A stretch of 64,000 nt of DNA from an uncultured Acidimicrobiales bacterium (GTDB lineage: Bacteria > Actinomycetota > Acidimicrobiia > Acidimicrobiales > SZUA-35). Below, piece after piece: positions 1-9,257 of the stretch. Below the pieces are notes generated by a model. That model saw only the letters and a list, made by a program, of their open reading frames with translations. It ran no database searches and had not been told where the DNA came from. The translations under genes were made by a program, and so were the position numbers. The stretch's first letter is position 1; each line of letters starts with the position of its first letter. The stretch lies in the NCBI GenBank assembly GCA_963803845.1, contig CAWDNZ010000004.1:962572-1026571 (forward strand), read 5' to 3'.

Positions 1-432
1 GGGGCCGATCGGGTTGGCTTTGCCGTCCACTTCGTAGATTGTGTACCAACCGATCTCGGTGGTGGGGGAGCCCTCCACCGTTCCCCCTAGCGCTTCGGCG
101 ATGAGCTGGCCGCCGAAACACACGCCGAGAAGAGGTTGTCCGGTGGCGTATGCTTGGCGAATCAGATCCAGTTCCTCATTGACCCAGCTGCTGATTTCGT
201 CCTTGGTGGTCAGCGAGCGGATCGAACCCATGATGGCCACCACGTCGTAGTCCGCAAAGGATGGAAAGGGCTGGGCAACGTTGGGGGAGTGGAGATCGGC
301 TGTGACCACATGGGTCGTGACCACATACCCTCGCTCTGCCAAGCGAATGGCTACTTCACCACCGGGCCCGTCTGGTTCGTGGGCGATGACCAGGGCGGTG
401 CCGCTCGCTTCGTTGCTCTGTTGGAGTTCCAT
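1..432 (-). CDS. Class I (type 1) glutamine amidotransferase-like protein; C-terminal part lies beyond the window edge
   Basis: Not in ORF track because it runs off the edge. Manual minus-strand translation from ATG at 432-430: MELQQSNEASGTALVIAHEPDGPGGEVAIRLAERGYVV...GQPLLGVCFGGQLIAEALGG. Has the G-x-C-x-G-x-Q nucleophile-elbow motif of the GATase1 / peptidase C26 fold. Confidence 0.75.
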   Translation of the reverse strand, partial: MELQQSNEASGTALVIAHEPDGPGGEVAIRLAERGYVVTTHVVTADLHSPNVAQPFPSFADYDVVAIMGSIRSLTTKDEISSWVNEELDLIRQAYATGQPLLGVCFGGQLIAEALGGTVEGSPTTEIGWYTIYEVDGKANPIGP

Positions 433-454
433 CGCTTGTCCAATTTCGTTCGCT

Positions 455-476
455 ACCAAACGATGTTACGTTTGAG
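455..476. promoter_or_regulatory. Inverted repeat CAAACG-N6-CGTTTG; arms identical to the half-sites of the palindrome at 25971-25990
   Basis: CAAACG 457-462 and CGTTTG 469-474 read directly; lies in the divergent intergenic region 433-555. Confidence 0.3.
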
Positions 477-495
477 TAACCGGATCCCGGGTCCT

Positions 496-525
496 TTGAC
501 ATTACTTTGGGTCCAAAGTTAGTGT
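496..525 (+). promoter_or_regulatory. Putative promoter TTGACA-N18-TAGTGT with an operator palindrome ACTTTGG-GT-CCAAAGT (504-519) filling the spacer
   Basis: TTGACA 496-501, TAGTGT 520-525. The 15-nt core CTTTGGGTCCAAAGT recurs identically at 11274-11288. SD AGGGGAG lies before the ATG at 556. Confidence 0.5.
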
Positions 526-555
526 AATTCAGGTCTAACTAGGGGAGAATTCCAA

Positions 556-1893
556 ATGAAGCTTCGATCGGTTCTTGCGCTGCTGTTCACATTCGCGCTT
601 GTCAGCGCTGCCTGTACGGGGGGCTCCACGGCGGTAGACGATCCGCCCGCTGCCGATGACAGCGCTGCTGATGACAGCGCTGCCGATGACAGCGCTGCCG
701 ATGATGGCGCAGCCGATGATGGCGCAGCCGATGATGGCGCAGCCGATGATGATGCTGCTCCGCCGTCGGCAACCGGTCTCGACATCGACACGATCCTCGC
801 CGCAGATTTGAACAACTGCGCCCCCGCCCCCACCGGGGACCCGATCAAGGTGGGCATGGCGATGGACTTCAGCGAGGTAGTCGGCTTCGTGGACATCCCC
901 GGCTCCAAGCTCGTGCCCTATGTCGCTGAACTGATCAACTGCACCGGTGGAATCAACGGTTCACCGGTTGAGGTGCAGGTGCAGGACGTTGGCGGCGACG
1001 CCGGTAAGGCCGCTCTGGCCACGGACGAGCTTCTGAACTGGGGCGCGCAGTTCCTTATCGGTCCACCATTTGCCGATTTCGCTCTCCCAATTCTCCAGAC
1101 CACCGAAGGCAAGGTGCCGCTCTTCCTGGCGGCTTCCACCGAGCCAACGTTGCCAGATGCCAGCATCAACTCCTTCAACGTCTCGTTCGATGACACGCTG
1201 CAATCCACCGCCGCTGCCAAATGGGCGCTGGATCAGGGCATTACCCGGGCGATCGTGTTCACCGAGGGTCAGGGAATTGCCTATTCCGGCTACAACCCGG
1301 ACGTGTTTGCTGAAGTGTTTACCGCCGGTGGCGGCGAAGTGGTCAGCACCCAAACCTATGTCTGGGGGGCCGACACCGACTTCTCCGCCCAGGTAAATGA
1401 AATCGCCGGGCTCTCTGAAAACAACGAAGTGGTCTTCTCGGCCGCACTCGCTTTCCAAGTGACCGCACTTCGGGGCCAGCTGGAGGGCCAGGGCCTCGAC
1501 TCGCTCACCTACATCGGAACCGACGCGTTGGATGCAACGGGTATTTCCTTTGAGGACAACAACGAAGGCATCGCCCACACCCCCCATGTCACAATCGTGG
1601 CGGGGGATCGCAACGACAAGCTCCTCGCCGACTTCGCCGCCGCGGAGGGTGAAGAGCTTGAGAGCCGGGGCTTCATGCCGCTGTACGTTGACTCCATGTT
1701 CCTGGGCATCCAGGGGATTCTCGATTGCGGTTGCACCGATTCCGAGGGCATCGGTGCCGCCGTTGCCCAGATCTCCGGATTCCAGGGCCTCTCGGGTGAG
1801 ATCACCTACGCCGGAACCAACGGGATCCCCACCAAGAAGGTTCCAGTTCACCGGATCGTGAACGGCGAAGACGTCCAGGTTGACGTGAAATAA
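556..1893 (+). CDS. ABC transporter substrate-binding lipoprotein, LivK / Peripla_BP_6-like (branched-chain amino acid / amide type)
   Basis: Signal peptide plus lipobox (ALVSAAC), an acidic pentapeptide-repeat tether, then a type I periplasmic binding fold. First gene of a liv-like operon. Confidence 0.8.
   Translation: MKLRSVLALLFTFALVSAACTGGSTAVDDPPAADDSAADDSAADDSAADDGAADDGAADDGAADDDAAPPSATGLDIDTILAADLNNCAPAPTGDPIKVGMAMDFSEVVGFVDIPGSKLVPYVAELINCTGGINGSPVEVQVQDVGGDAGKAALATDELLNWGAQFLIGPPFADFALPILQTTEGKVPLFLAASTEPTLPDASINSFNVSFDDTLQSTAAAKWALDQGITRAIVFTEGQGIAYSGYNPDVFAEVFTAGGGEVVSTQTYVWGADTDFSAQVNEIAGLSENNEVVFSAALAFQVTALRGQLEGQGLDSLTYIGTDALDATGISFEDNNEGIAHTPHVTIVAGDRNDKLLADFAAAEGEELESRGFMPLYVDSMFLGIQGILDCGCTDSEGIGAAVAQISGFQGLSGEITYAGTNGIPTKKVPVHRIVNGEDVQVDVK
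649..753 (+). repeat. In-frame 15-bp tandem repeat x7 (GCNGCYGATGAYNRY) encoding AADDS/AADDG pentapeptides
   Basis: Units read directly at 649, 664, 679, 694, 709, 724 and 739. Confidence 0.95.
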
Positions 1894-1903
1894 CGTTCAA
1901 CCG

Positions 1904-2617
1904 ATGATCGAGATCTCGGGCCTGACAACCAGATATGGCGCGATCTCGGCACTTCGAGATGCCAGCCTGAGGGTTGACTCCGGTGAGGTGGTTGGCCTCA
2001 TCGGGCCAAACGGTGCCGGCAAGACCACGCTTCTCGGAACTATTGCAGGACTGCTCAAACCGGACGCAGGAACCGTCACGTTGGAGGGGCGGGATATCAC
2101 TGGCGCGTCGCCCGAAGTGATCCTGCGAGCCGGTTTGGCGCTGGTCCCGGAACACCGACGGATCTTTGTGGACATGACCGTGGAGGAAAATCTGAAGATC
2201 GGCGGCACCACCCGGTCAGCCTCGGAACGTGCGGCTCAGCTGAAGGAAATGAACCAGCTGTTTCCAGTCCTTGCAAACCGCTTCGACACCCCGGCCGGCT
2301 ACCTGTCCGGGGGAGAAGCCCAGCAGCTCGCTATCGCTCGGGCCCTGATGTCAAAGCCAAAGCTGTTGATGATGGATGAACCCACTCTGGGCCTAGCGCC
2401 ACTGCTGGTGGATGCCATCTTTGCCCTCATCGATCGCCTGCGATCGGAGGGAACAACCATCCTGGTGGTGGAGCAGAATGCCACCAGGATGCTCAGAGCT
2501 GCGGACAGGGCCTATGTCCTGCGCAGCGGGGCTGTGGTGGCCGAGGGGACGGGGCCAGAACTGCTGGCCCGAACCGACCTGTTCGACACGTTCGTGGGCG
2601 CGGGGCCAGCGTCATGA
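1904..2617 (+). CDS. livF: Branched-chain amino acid ABC transporter ATP-binding protein (LivF-like)
   Basis: Walker A GPNGAGKTT, signature LSGGEAQQ, Walker B LLMMDEP. Confidence 0.85.
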   Translation: MIEISGLTTRYGAISALRDASLRVDSGEVVGLIGPNGAGKTTLLGTIAGLLKPDAGTVTLEGRDITGASPEVILRAGLALVPEHRRIFVDMTVEENLKIGGTTRSASERAAQLKEMNQLFPVLANRFDTPAGYLSGGEAQQLAIARALMSKPKLLMMDEPTLGLAPLLVDAIFALIDRLRSEGTTILVVEQNATRMLRAADRAYVLRSGAVVAEGTGPELLARTDLFDTFVGAGPAS

Positions 2618-3501
2618 CCGGGTTTCTTCAGAACCTGATCGATGGCGTCGGGCGGGGCAGTATCTATGCGCTTCTGGCGTTGGGCATTGCGGTGATCTTC
2701 GGTGTGATGCACCTCTTGAATTTTGCCCACGGTGAACTCATCACAATCAGCGGCTACGCCGCATATGCAGTATTCCAGAGCGGGTGGTCTTGGTATCTCG
2801 TAGCTCCACTTGTGATCGTTGTTTCGATCCTTACCTCGCTGGTGATCGAGCGGGTGGCGTTCAGCAGGGTTCGAGGGGCGTCAGACTTCACGCTCCTGCT
2901 CACCTCCTTTGGTATTCACTTCCTCGTCCAGGCGATGTTCCTGATGTATGTCTCCGCATCGGTCAAGTCGTTCCCGCGTCCCAGATGGGTGACGAGCACT
3001 TATTCGATCGGACCTTTGAGCGTTGAAGTGTTCGACACCGTCGTCATTGGCGTCACCATCGTCACCCTCGCCGCGACGGCGGCGTTACTTCAACGAACCA
3101 TGTTCGGGCTGGCGCTTCGGGCCGCGGCTGCTGATTTCGACACTGCCCGGCTCATGGGGGTGCGCTCGGATTCGGTGATCCGCGGCGCTTTTGCACTCTC
3201 TGGTCTCCTGGCAGGCATCGCCGCCATCTTCTGGCTGATGCGATCGGGCAGCACCACACCAACGGCCGGCATCGACCCCATGCTGAAAGGGGTGCTGGCT
3301 GCCCTTATTGGCGGGTTGGGGAGTTTGCGGGGTGCAGTACTTGGCGGGCTCGTGCTCGGAATCACCGAGGTGCTATTGCGCTCTTGGCTCCCCGGCGGCG
3401 TCGCCGCGCTCACCGAGGGCGTGGTGTTCGGGCTGATCGCTCTTCTCTTCATCTTCCGGCCCCAGGGTCTCATCACCGTTGCCCATGCGGAGCGCGTCTG
3501 A
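2614..3501 (+). CDS. livH: Branched-chain amino acid ABC transporter permease (LivH-like)
   Basis: Polytopic membrane protein with a LivH-like N-terminus (FLQNLIDGVGRGSIYALLALG); start overlaps the livF stop. Confidence 0.85.
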   Translation: MTGFLQNLIDGVGRGSIYALLALGIAVIFGVMHLLNFAHGELITISGYAAYAVFQSGWSWYLVAPLVIVVSILTSLVIERVAFSRVRGASDFTLLLTSFGIHFLVQAMFLMYVSASVKSFPRPRWVTSTYSIGPLSVEVFDTVVIGVTIVTLAATAALLQRTMFGLALRAAAADFDTARLMGVRSDSVIRGAFALSGLLAGIAAIFWLMRSGSTTPTAGIDPMLKGVLAALIGGLGSLRGAVLGGLVLGITEVLLRSWLPGGVAALTEGVVFGLIALLFIFRPQGLITVAHAERV

Positions 3502-5357
3502 TGTTCCCCAATCTCAAGAGAGACGTGGCCTTCCCAGTTGTGGGGTCACTGCTCCTCTTCGGTCTAGTGCTGGGCGCCGGCCTTATCTATCAGGTGCTGG
3601 TGGGCGGAGCATCCGAACGGCTCGTAACCGCAATGCTCATCGACGCAATAATGGTGATCGGTATCCAGATCTACATTGGAAATACCGGCGTCTTGTCCTT
3701 CGGTCATATCGGCTTTGGCGCCATCGCTGGCTACGCCTTCGCTGTTCTGGCGATTAGCCCCGAGCAGAAAGCCAAAGTCCTGCCCAACGCCCCATTCGGA
3801 CTCACCAACAATGGGCTCATTCCTGCGGGAGCAGTGGTAGTGGCCATCATCGTCACGGTGGCCGTGGCGGTTATCGTCGGTCTGGGTTTGGCCCGCTCGG
3901 GCGCTCAATCGGGGGCGGTATCGGCAACCGTCATAACCCTGGCGTTGCTCTTCGTGACACATGAGGTTGCTCGAAACTGGACCGAGCTAACCGGTGGCAA
4001 TCGAATCGGGCTGTCCTTCCAGATCGGCGGGAAGCTGAATTCCCGGATCCCGATTCTGCTGGCGCTGGCCGCGTCGATCGTGGTGGCGAGAGTGTTCGCC
4101 CAAAGCCGCAGTGGGCGATTGGCCGCGGCCGCCCGTGAAGACAATCTGGCCGCTCGCGCCATGGGCGTAAACCCGCTCGTGCAGCAGATGGTGGCCCTGC
4201 TGCTCTCCGTCGTTGTGGTCAGCGTTGCGGCTTCGTTGCGGGTGTTCGAGACCGGCACCATCCTCCCCAATCAGTTCTTCTTTTCCTATACCTTGCTCAC
4301 GCTCGTGATGTTGATCGTGGGCGGGCGCAACAGCGTCACCGGTGCAGTGGTGGGGACCATGGTGATCACCGCCGGAAGTGAGCTGGCCCGCCGTATGGGC
4401 ACGTCCGGATTTGAGTTCTTCGGGCTCGGACTCGACGACGCTCCGGCTGACTGGATCTTCCGAGAGGGTCTCCCCACTGTCTTTCTCGGCGCGGCCATGG
4501 TGGGCTTCATGATTTGGAGGCCCATTGGCCTACTGGATGATTGGGAACTGGATGAGTGGCTGTTCGAGCGATTTGGCCGAGGCGAGGATCTTCAGCCGAG
4601 TGGTCTCCCCGAGGTGGCCGACACTCCCGTGGCCCGCCTCGCCGCCACGGGGATCGATGTCCGCTTTGGAGGGTTTCAGGCGCTCGATCAGGCTGGCCTC
4701 ACAGCCACCAGTGGTGAAATCGTGGGGATCATCGGACCCAATGGCGCCGGGAAAACCACGCTGGTGAACGTGATCACCGGCATGGTTCCGCCGACCGCCG
4801 GCGAGTTTTCCATCGATGATCGGGATCTCACCCGGGCCCCGGCCCACATCCTGGCCAGGACAGGTTTGGTTCGGACCTTTCAGAACCTCCGGCTCTTCGG
4901 TGCGCTCACAGTTCGCGAGAACGTTGAGGCGGCGGCGCTGGTGGCCCGAGAACACCGGTCCCACCGCATTCTTCCCGATGCCGATTCACTTGTTGCCGAG
5001 GCGGGCTTGTGGGAACACCGTAATCGCCGGGCTCGGGAGCTGGATTACGGCAACTCCCGGCGGCTCGAGTTGGCTCGGGCGGCAGCCATGGCCCCGGCGT
5101 TCATGCTGCTCGACGAGCCCACCAGCGGCATGAGCGACACGGAGTCCATCACCATGATCGAGCAGGTGCGCCATATGGCTGCCACGGTGGGCGCCGGTGT
5201 GATCGTCATCGATCACGATCTCAACTTCATCACTGGGATCTCAGACCGAATCTACGTTCTCGATCAGGGCCAAGTCATCGCTGAGGGGACACCTACCGAG
5301 GTCCAGGCCGACCCGCTGGTTCAGGCCGCCTACCTGGGATACGAAGCGGAGGCGTAG
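3501..5357 (+). CDS. Fused LivM-like permease / LivG-like ATPase
   Basis: ATG at 3501 overlaps the livH TGA (TGATG). The track ORF from 3384 is an Arg-rich extension inside livH. N-terminal ~10 TM region, then C-terminal GPNGAGKTT...LLDEPTSG. Confidence 0.8.
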   Translation: MFPNLKRDVAFPVVGSLLLFGLVLGAGLIYQVLVGGASERLVTAMLIDAIMVIGIQIYIGNTGVLSFGHIGFGAIAGYAFAVLAISPEQKAKVLPNAPFGLTNNGLIPAGAVVVAIIVTVAVAVIVGLGLARSGAQSGAVSATVITLALLFVTHEVARNWTELTGGNRIGLSFQIGGKLNSRIPILLALAASIVVARVFAQSRSGRLAAAAREDNLAARAMGVNPLVQQMVALLLSVVVVSVAASLRVFETGTILPNQFFFSYTLLTLVMLIVGGRNSVTGAVVGTMVITAGSELARRMGTSGFEFFGLGLDDAPADWIFREGLPTVFLGAAMVGFMIWRPIGLLDDWELDEWLFERFGRGEDLQPSGLPEVADTPVARLAATGIDVRFGGFQALDQAGLTATSGEIVGIIGPNGAGKTTLVNVITGMVPPTAGEFSIDDRDLTRAPAHILARTGLVRTFQNLRLFGALTVRENVEAAALVAREHRSHRILPDADSLVAEAGLWEHRNRRARELDYGNSRRLELARAAAMAPAFMLLDEPTSGMSDTESITMIEQVRHMAATVGAGVIVIDHDLNFITGISDRIYVLDQGQVIAEGTPTEVQADPLVQAAYLGYEAEA

Positions 5358-5364
5358 AACCGCA

Positions 5365-6366
5365 ATGCGAGCAGTTGTCCTCCCCCAGTCGAATGCGGAA
5401 TTGCTCGTCGTTCCGGACCATCTCGAACCCGAGGCGGACGATGGCGTGGTTCTCGATGTCACGGCGTGCGGGATCTGTCATTCCGACCTTCACGTTGTGG
5501 ACGGCGACTACGGCAAAGAGCCGCCGATCATCCTCGGGCATGAGGTCACCGGTGTCCATCCCGAACTGGGCCCGGTCATGCTGTATGCGCCGTGGGGCTG
5601 TGGGAATTGCCCGCAATGCGATCAGGGCCTGGAGATGCTGTGTCCCAACTCCAGCGAAGCGGGGTTGTTCACCGATGGTGGCTACGCCGAGCGGATGCGC
5701 ATTCCCAACCTGTCCTATCTGACCCCGCTCAACGGGCTGGATCCTTATGACGCAGCGCCACTGGCGTGCGGTGGGCTCACCGCATATCGGGCCGTACTTC
5801 ACGGCCTCGATCGCCTTCGCCAACGGGGTTCGGCAGCTCGGGCATTGATCATTGGGGCGGGCGGGCTTGGCCAATACGCCATCCGTTACCTTCGCCTTCT
5901 GACCGACGCCACGGTGGTGGCACTGGATCTCTCCCAGGCCAAACAGGCAACTGCGCTCGAGCTTGGTGCCCATCAGGCCGTTGTTGCTCTTGGTGGCGAA
6001 GAGCCGTTTGATCTGGTGATCGACTTCATCGGTGTTGAATCAACCTTGGCAACGGCGGCCGGGAGCGTGGCTCGCCTAGGACTGGTGGTGGTGGTGGGGC
6101 TTGGGGGTGGATCCATCCCGTTCGGTTTTGGGTCCGTACCGTTGGAGGCCCGTTTTGTCGCCAGTGTCTGGGGGAGTCGAGACCAGATGGATGAGCTGCT
6201 CGATTTCGCCCGCCGCGAACCATCGATCGTGCAACCGGTGGAGGTGCTGCCCTTGGCCGCCGCCCAGACAGCGCATTACCGTCTACGGGCGGGTGAAGTT
6301 CGCGGCCGTTTGGTGCTGGACATCAACGGAACCCGCACCCCTCAACCTGATGCACCTGATCGTTAG
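5365..6366 (+). CDS. Zinc-dependent alcohol dehydrogenase (MDR family)
   Basis: CGICHSDLH catalytic-zinc motif, GHEVTG, and a GAGGLG Rossmann motif. Confidence 0.85.
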   Translation: MRAVVLPQSNAELLVVPDHLEPEADDGVVLDVTACGICHSDLHVVDGDYGKEPPIILGHEVTGVHPELGPVMLYAPWGCGNCPQCDQGLEMLCPNSSEAGLFTDGGYAERMRIPNLSYLTPLNGLDPYDAAPLACGGLTAYRAVLHGLDRLRQRGSAARALIIGAGGLGQYAIRYLRLLTDATVVALDLSQAKQATALELGAHQAVVALGGEEPFDLVIDFIGVESTLATAAGSVARLGLVVVVGLGGGSIPFGFGSVPLEARFVASVWGSRDQMDELLDFARREPSIVQPVEVLPLAAAQTAHYRLRAGEVRGRLVLDINGTRTPQPDAPDR

Positions 6367-6404
6367 TCAATTCACTAATCCACCCCAATCTGGAGGAACT
6401 CACA

Positions 6405-7754
6405 ATGGCCGGAATCTCAAGATCGATCGAGGAGTTTCGGTCGGTAGCGAACGAACACGATCTGCACACGATCGAGCTTGCGGCCCCCGACACCCAGGGC
6501 CACCTTCGCGGCAAACGTATCCCGGCCAAGCGGTTCCTGAACGGCATTCACGCCAGCGGTGCCAAGGTTGCGGATGCGATTTTTGTGTTCGATATCCAGA
6601 ACGATTTGCCGGACAATGAATTCGTCAACATGGACACCGGCTACTTGGATGCGCACCTGATCCCGGACAACTCCAGCGGCCGAGTGCTCACTCACCGGCC
6701 GGGGTATGGCCTGGTCTTCGCCGATGCGGCCGACGAACACGGGAATCCCCATCCGCTCGCGCCTCGAAGCGTTCTCGCCGCTCAAATCGAACGCTGTCGG
6801 GCCGCCGGCGTGGATCCGTTCGTGGCGACCGAGTTGGAGTTCTACCTCTGCACTCCGGACTGGGAACCGGCGCAGAACTACATCCAATACAGCTCGGTCA
6901 CCGATGCCCTCGAGTTTGAACCCGTTCTGCATGCGATGCGTAGCGCATTGCTCGGTGCCGGTATCGACGTGGAGTCGAGCAACGCCGAATACGGCCCCGG
7001 CCAGATAGAGGTGAACGCCGGTCCCGCCGATGCCTTGACCGCAGCTGACAATGCCACGTTGTTCAAGAGCATCATCAAGCAAGTAGCCGTACAGCACGGG
7101 ATCCGAGCTTCCTTCATGCCCAAACCCTGGGCGGACCATTCGGGCTCCGGTCTACACGTCCACACCAGCCTCAATGCCGACGGGTCCAATGCGTTTGCGC
7201 CTTGCACCACCGGCGAACCCAATGAGCTCATGCGAAAATGGCTGGCCGGCATCCTGGCCAACGCCAGCGCTCTCACACTCTTGGGAGCCGCCACCATCAA
7301 CGGGGGCAAGCGAATCCGCCCCTACACGTTTGCTCCAACGCATGTGACCTGGGGGCTGGACAACCGCACGGTCATGGCGCGCTGCATCGCCGAATCCGAT
7401 TCGGGGGCAAATCGGGTGGAATACCGGAGCGCGGGAGCGGACGCCAACAACTACCTGATGATCGCCGGGCTCCTCGCCGCCGGAATGGATGGGCTGGAGC
7501 GGAATCTCGACCCCGGCCCGATGAGCGTTGGCGACGTGTATGCCGACCCCGGTGATCATGCACCGATCCCTGCCGATCTCCCGTCGGCCATTGCGGCTTT
7601 CTCGGGCAGTTCATTGGCGTCGCAGTTAGGCGACACGTTTTCCCGTAGCTTCGTGAGCATCGCCGAGGCCGAGGTTGCATTGGCGGTTGAGCATGCCGGC
7701 GGCGCCGACAAGGTGAACGATTGGGAACGGGCTCGTTTCATGGAGCACAGCTAG
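6405..7754 (+). CDS. Glutamine synthetase family protein (gamma-glutamyl-amine ligase type, GlnA3/PuuA/IpuC-like)
   Basis: GS catalytic-domain hallmarks (EFYL..., NAEYGPGQIEVN, SGLHVH..., VEYRSAGADANNYL). Confidence 0.8.
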   Translation: MAGISRSIEEFRSVANEHDLHTIELAAPDTQGHLRGKRIPAKRFLNGIHASGAKVADAIFVFDIQNDLPDNEFVNMDTGYLDAHLIPDNSSGRVLTHRPGYGLVFADAADEHGNPHPLAPRSVLAAQIERCRAAGVDPFVATELEFYLCTPDWEPAQNYIQYSSVTDALEFEPVLHAMRSALLGAGIDVESSNAEYGPGQIEVNAGPADALTAADNATLFKSIIKQVAVQHGIRASFMPKPWADHSGSGLHVHTSLNADGSNAFAPCTTGEPNELMRKWLAGILANASALTLLGAATINGGKRIRPYTFAPTHVTWGLDNRTVMARCIAESDSGANRVEYRSAGADANNYLMIAGLLAAGMDGLERNLDPGPMSVGDVYADPGDHAPIPADLPSAIAAFSGSSLASQLGDTFSRSFVSIAEAEVALAVEHAGGADKVNDWERARFMEHS

Positions 7755-9040
7755 TGTGCCCCGCAGCCCCAGCAACCTCTCCTGTGACCGGCCCGAACGT
7801 CACCGACGCATCGCTGTATCTGAACGGCATTCCCTATGACCGGTTTGAACAAATGCGAAACACGCCCGGTCTGGTGTGGCATCCTTACGGCGACGATGGG
7901 TTTTGGGCGGTCACGCGTCATAGCGAAATCAAGGAAGTCTCCAAGAACTCCGAGGTTTTCTCCTCGGCGATCGGGCACACCAATCTGTGGGACCTCGAAG
8001 CGGACGCGCTGGAAGCACGACGATCCCTTATCGACACCGACGGCGCCGACCACACTCGACTTCGCCGTCTGATCGCTCGCTCCTTTACGCCCAAGAATGT
8101 CCGCCGCTGGGAAGACACAGTTCGCTCCATCACCACCGAACTCTTGGACAAATTCGTGGCTGCCGGAGGTGGCGATTGGGTGGAGCTGGTGGCAGCCCCG
8201 TTGCCGATCCGGGTGATACTTACGATGCTTGGCGTCCCCGTGGAAGACGCTGGCTATTTGGTGGAGCTGTCCAATTATCTGGTGGAGGGCACGGGTGAGA
8301 GCCAGTCGATTCCCGCCGACGCTTTCGGCAACACCACCGAACTTCGCTTGCTGCCCTTCAACAGTCCGGCCAGCCATGCCCTCTATGAATACGGGGAGAA
8401 GCTGGCGGCGCTGCGAAGGGCGGACCCCCAGGACGATCTGGTGACCAGCCTTGTGCAAGCAGCCCAGGAGGAGGGCAACCGACTGAGCGGGAGCGAATAC
8501 CGCAATCTGTTCCATCTGCTGGTTTTCGCCGGCAACGAGACCACCCGTACCGCCATTTCCCATGGAGCGATCGCCTTGGCGGATCATCCCGACCAATGGG
8601 ATCGAATCCTCACCGATCGCAGTCTCATCGAGTCCGCCACCGAGGAGATTCTGCGGTGGTCCACGCCGGTGATGCACATGCGCCGCACCACCAGCTGTGC
8701 CACCGAGTTGGCGGGCACCCCGATCACTGCTGGTCAAAAAGTGGTGATGTGGTATGGCTCGGCCAACCGCGACGAAACCGTCTTTGATGATCCATTCATG
8801 TTCGATGTTGGCCGCGTCGACAACCCTCACTTCGCCTTCGGCGGCGGCGGGCATCACCTCTGCCTCGGCGCCTTCTTGGCCCGGTTGGAACTGATCATTC
8901 TGCTGGAGGAAATGACCACCAGGAACATATCCCTGGAACGAACGGGCGAACCTGTCCGCACCCCGTCCAATTTCGTTCACGGGATTCTCTCCGTTCACAT
9001 GACCGTCAGCACAAACCCCAGGAGTGACCAGCATGAGTGA
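7754..9040 (+). CDS. Cytochrome P450 (paralog 1)
   Basis: Heme loop FGGGGHHLCLG, AGNETT I-helix, EEILRW. GTG at 7754 overlaps the upstream TAG; 7721 and 7784 are alternative starts. Confidence 0.9.
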   Translation: MCPAAPATSPVTGPNVTDASLYLNGIPYDRFEQMRNTPGLVWHPYGDDGFWAVTRHSEIKEVSKNSEVFSSAIGHTNLWDLEADALEARRSLIDTDGADHTRLRRLIARSFTPKNVRRWEDTVRSITTELLDKFVAAGGGDWVELVAAPLPIRVILTMLGVPVEDAGYLVELSNYLVEGTGESQSIPADAFGNTTELRLLPFNSPASHALYEYGEKLAALRRADPQDDLVTSLVQAAQEEGNRLSGSEYRNLFHLLVFAGNETTRTAISHGAIALADHPDQWDRILTDRSLIESATEEILRWSTPVMHMRRTTSCATELAGTPITAGQKVVMWYGSANRDETVFDDPFMFDVGRVDNPHFAFGGGGHHLCLGAFLARLELIILLEEMTTRNISLERTGEPVRTPSNFVHGILSVHMTVSTNPRSDQHE

Positions 9041-9056
9041 GCAGATCGAAGAGCCA

Positions 9057-9257
9057 ATGGTTCAACTGGCAATCGATGCCGATGTCTGCATCGGCGGCGG
9101 GCAATGCGAGATGGTGGAGCCCGAGACGTTCATCGTTGATGACGAGACCGTGATCGCCCGGTTCATCGGACCGCCCGAGCTGCCGAAATCTCGGGCCGAA
9201 CTCGTGGTGGAACGGTGCCCCAGCGGGGCCATCTCGGTCGTCTCGAACGCCAGCTGA
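9057..9257 (+). CDS. Small ferredoxin (3Fe-4S type, P450 redox partner)
   Basis: MVQLAIDADVCIGGGQCEMVEPETF...ERCPSGAISV. CxxGxxC...CP pattern. The track start at 9024 would overlap the P450. Confidence 0.8.
   Translation: MVQLAIDADVCIGGGQCEMVEPETFIVDDETVIARFIGPPELPKSRAELVVERCPSGAISVVSNAS

Noticed and set aside
3384-3500. N-terminal extensions proposed by the ORF track (3384 for livM-livG; also 12328, 13446, 9215, 20651, 22431, 26315, 38476, 31973)
   Set aside because: The extensions lie inside the preceding gene in another frame and are Arg/Pro-rich. In each case an internal ATG/GTG that overlaps or abuts the upstream stop gives a protein starting at the family-typical N-terminus.
7751-9034. 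427-aa minus-strand ORF antisense to P450-1. Similar long antisense ORFs occur at 9737-11059, 12628-13794, 17189-17884, 33166-34110, 35714-36745, 37823-38629 and 59453-60499.
   Set aside because: These are shadow ORFs of a GC-rich genome. The opposite strand carries clear motif-bearing genes (P450 heme loop, ALDH, TTC38-like, ACAD-like, nuoI/L/M, hrpB), while the antisense products are Arg/Gly/His-rich with no motifs.
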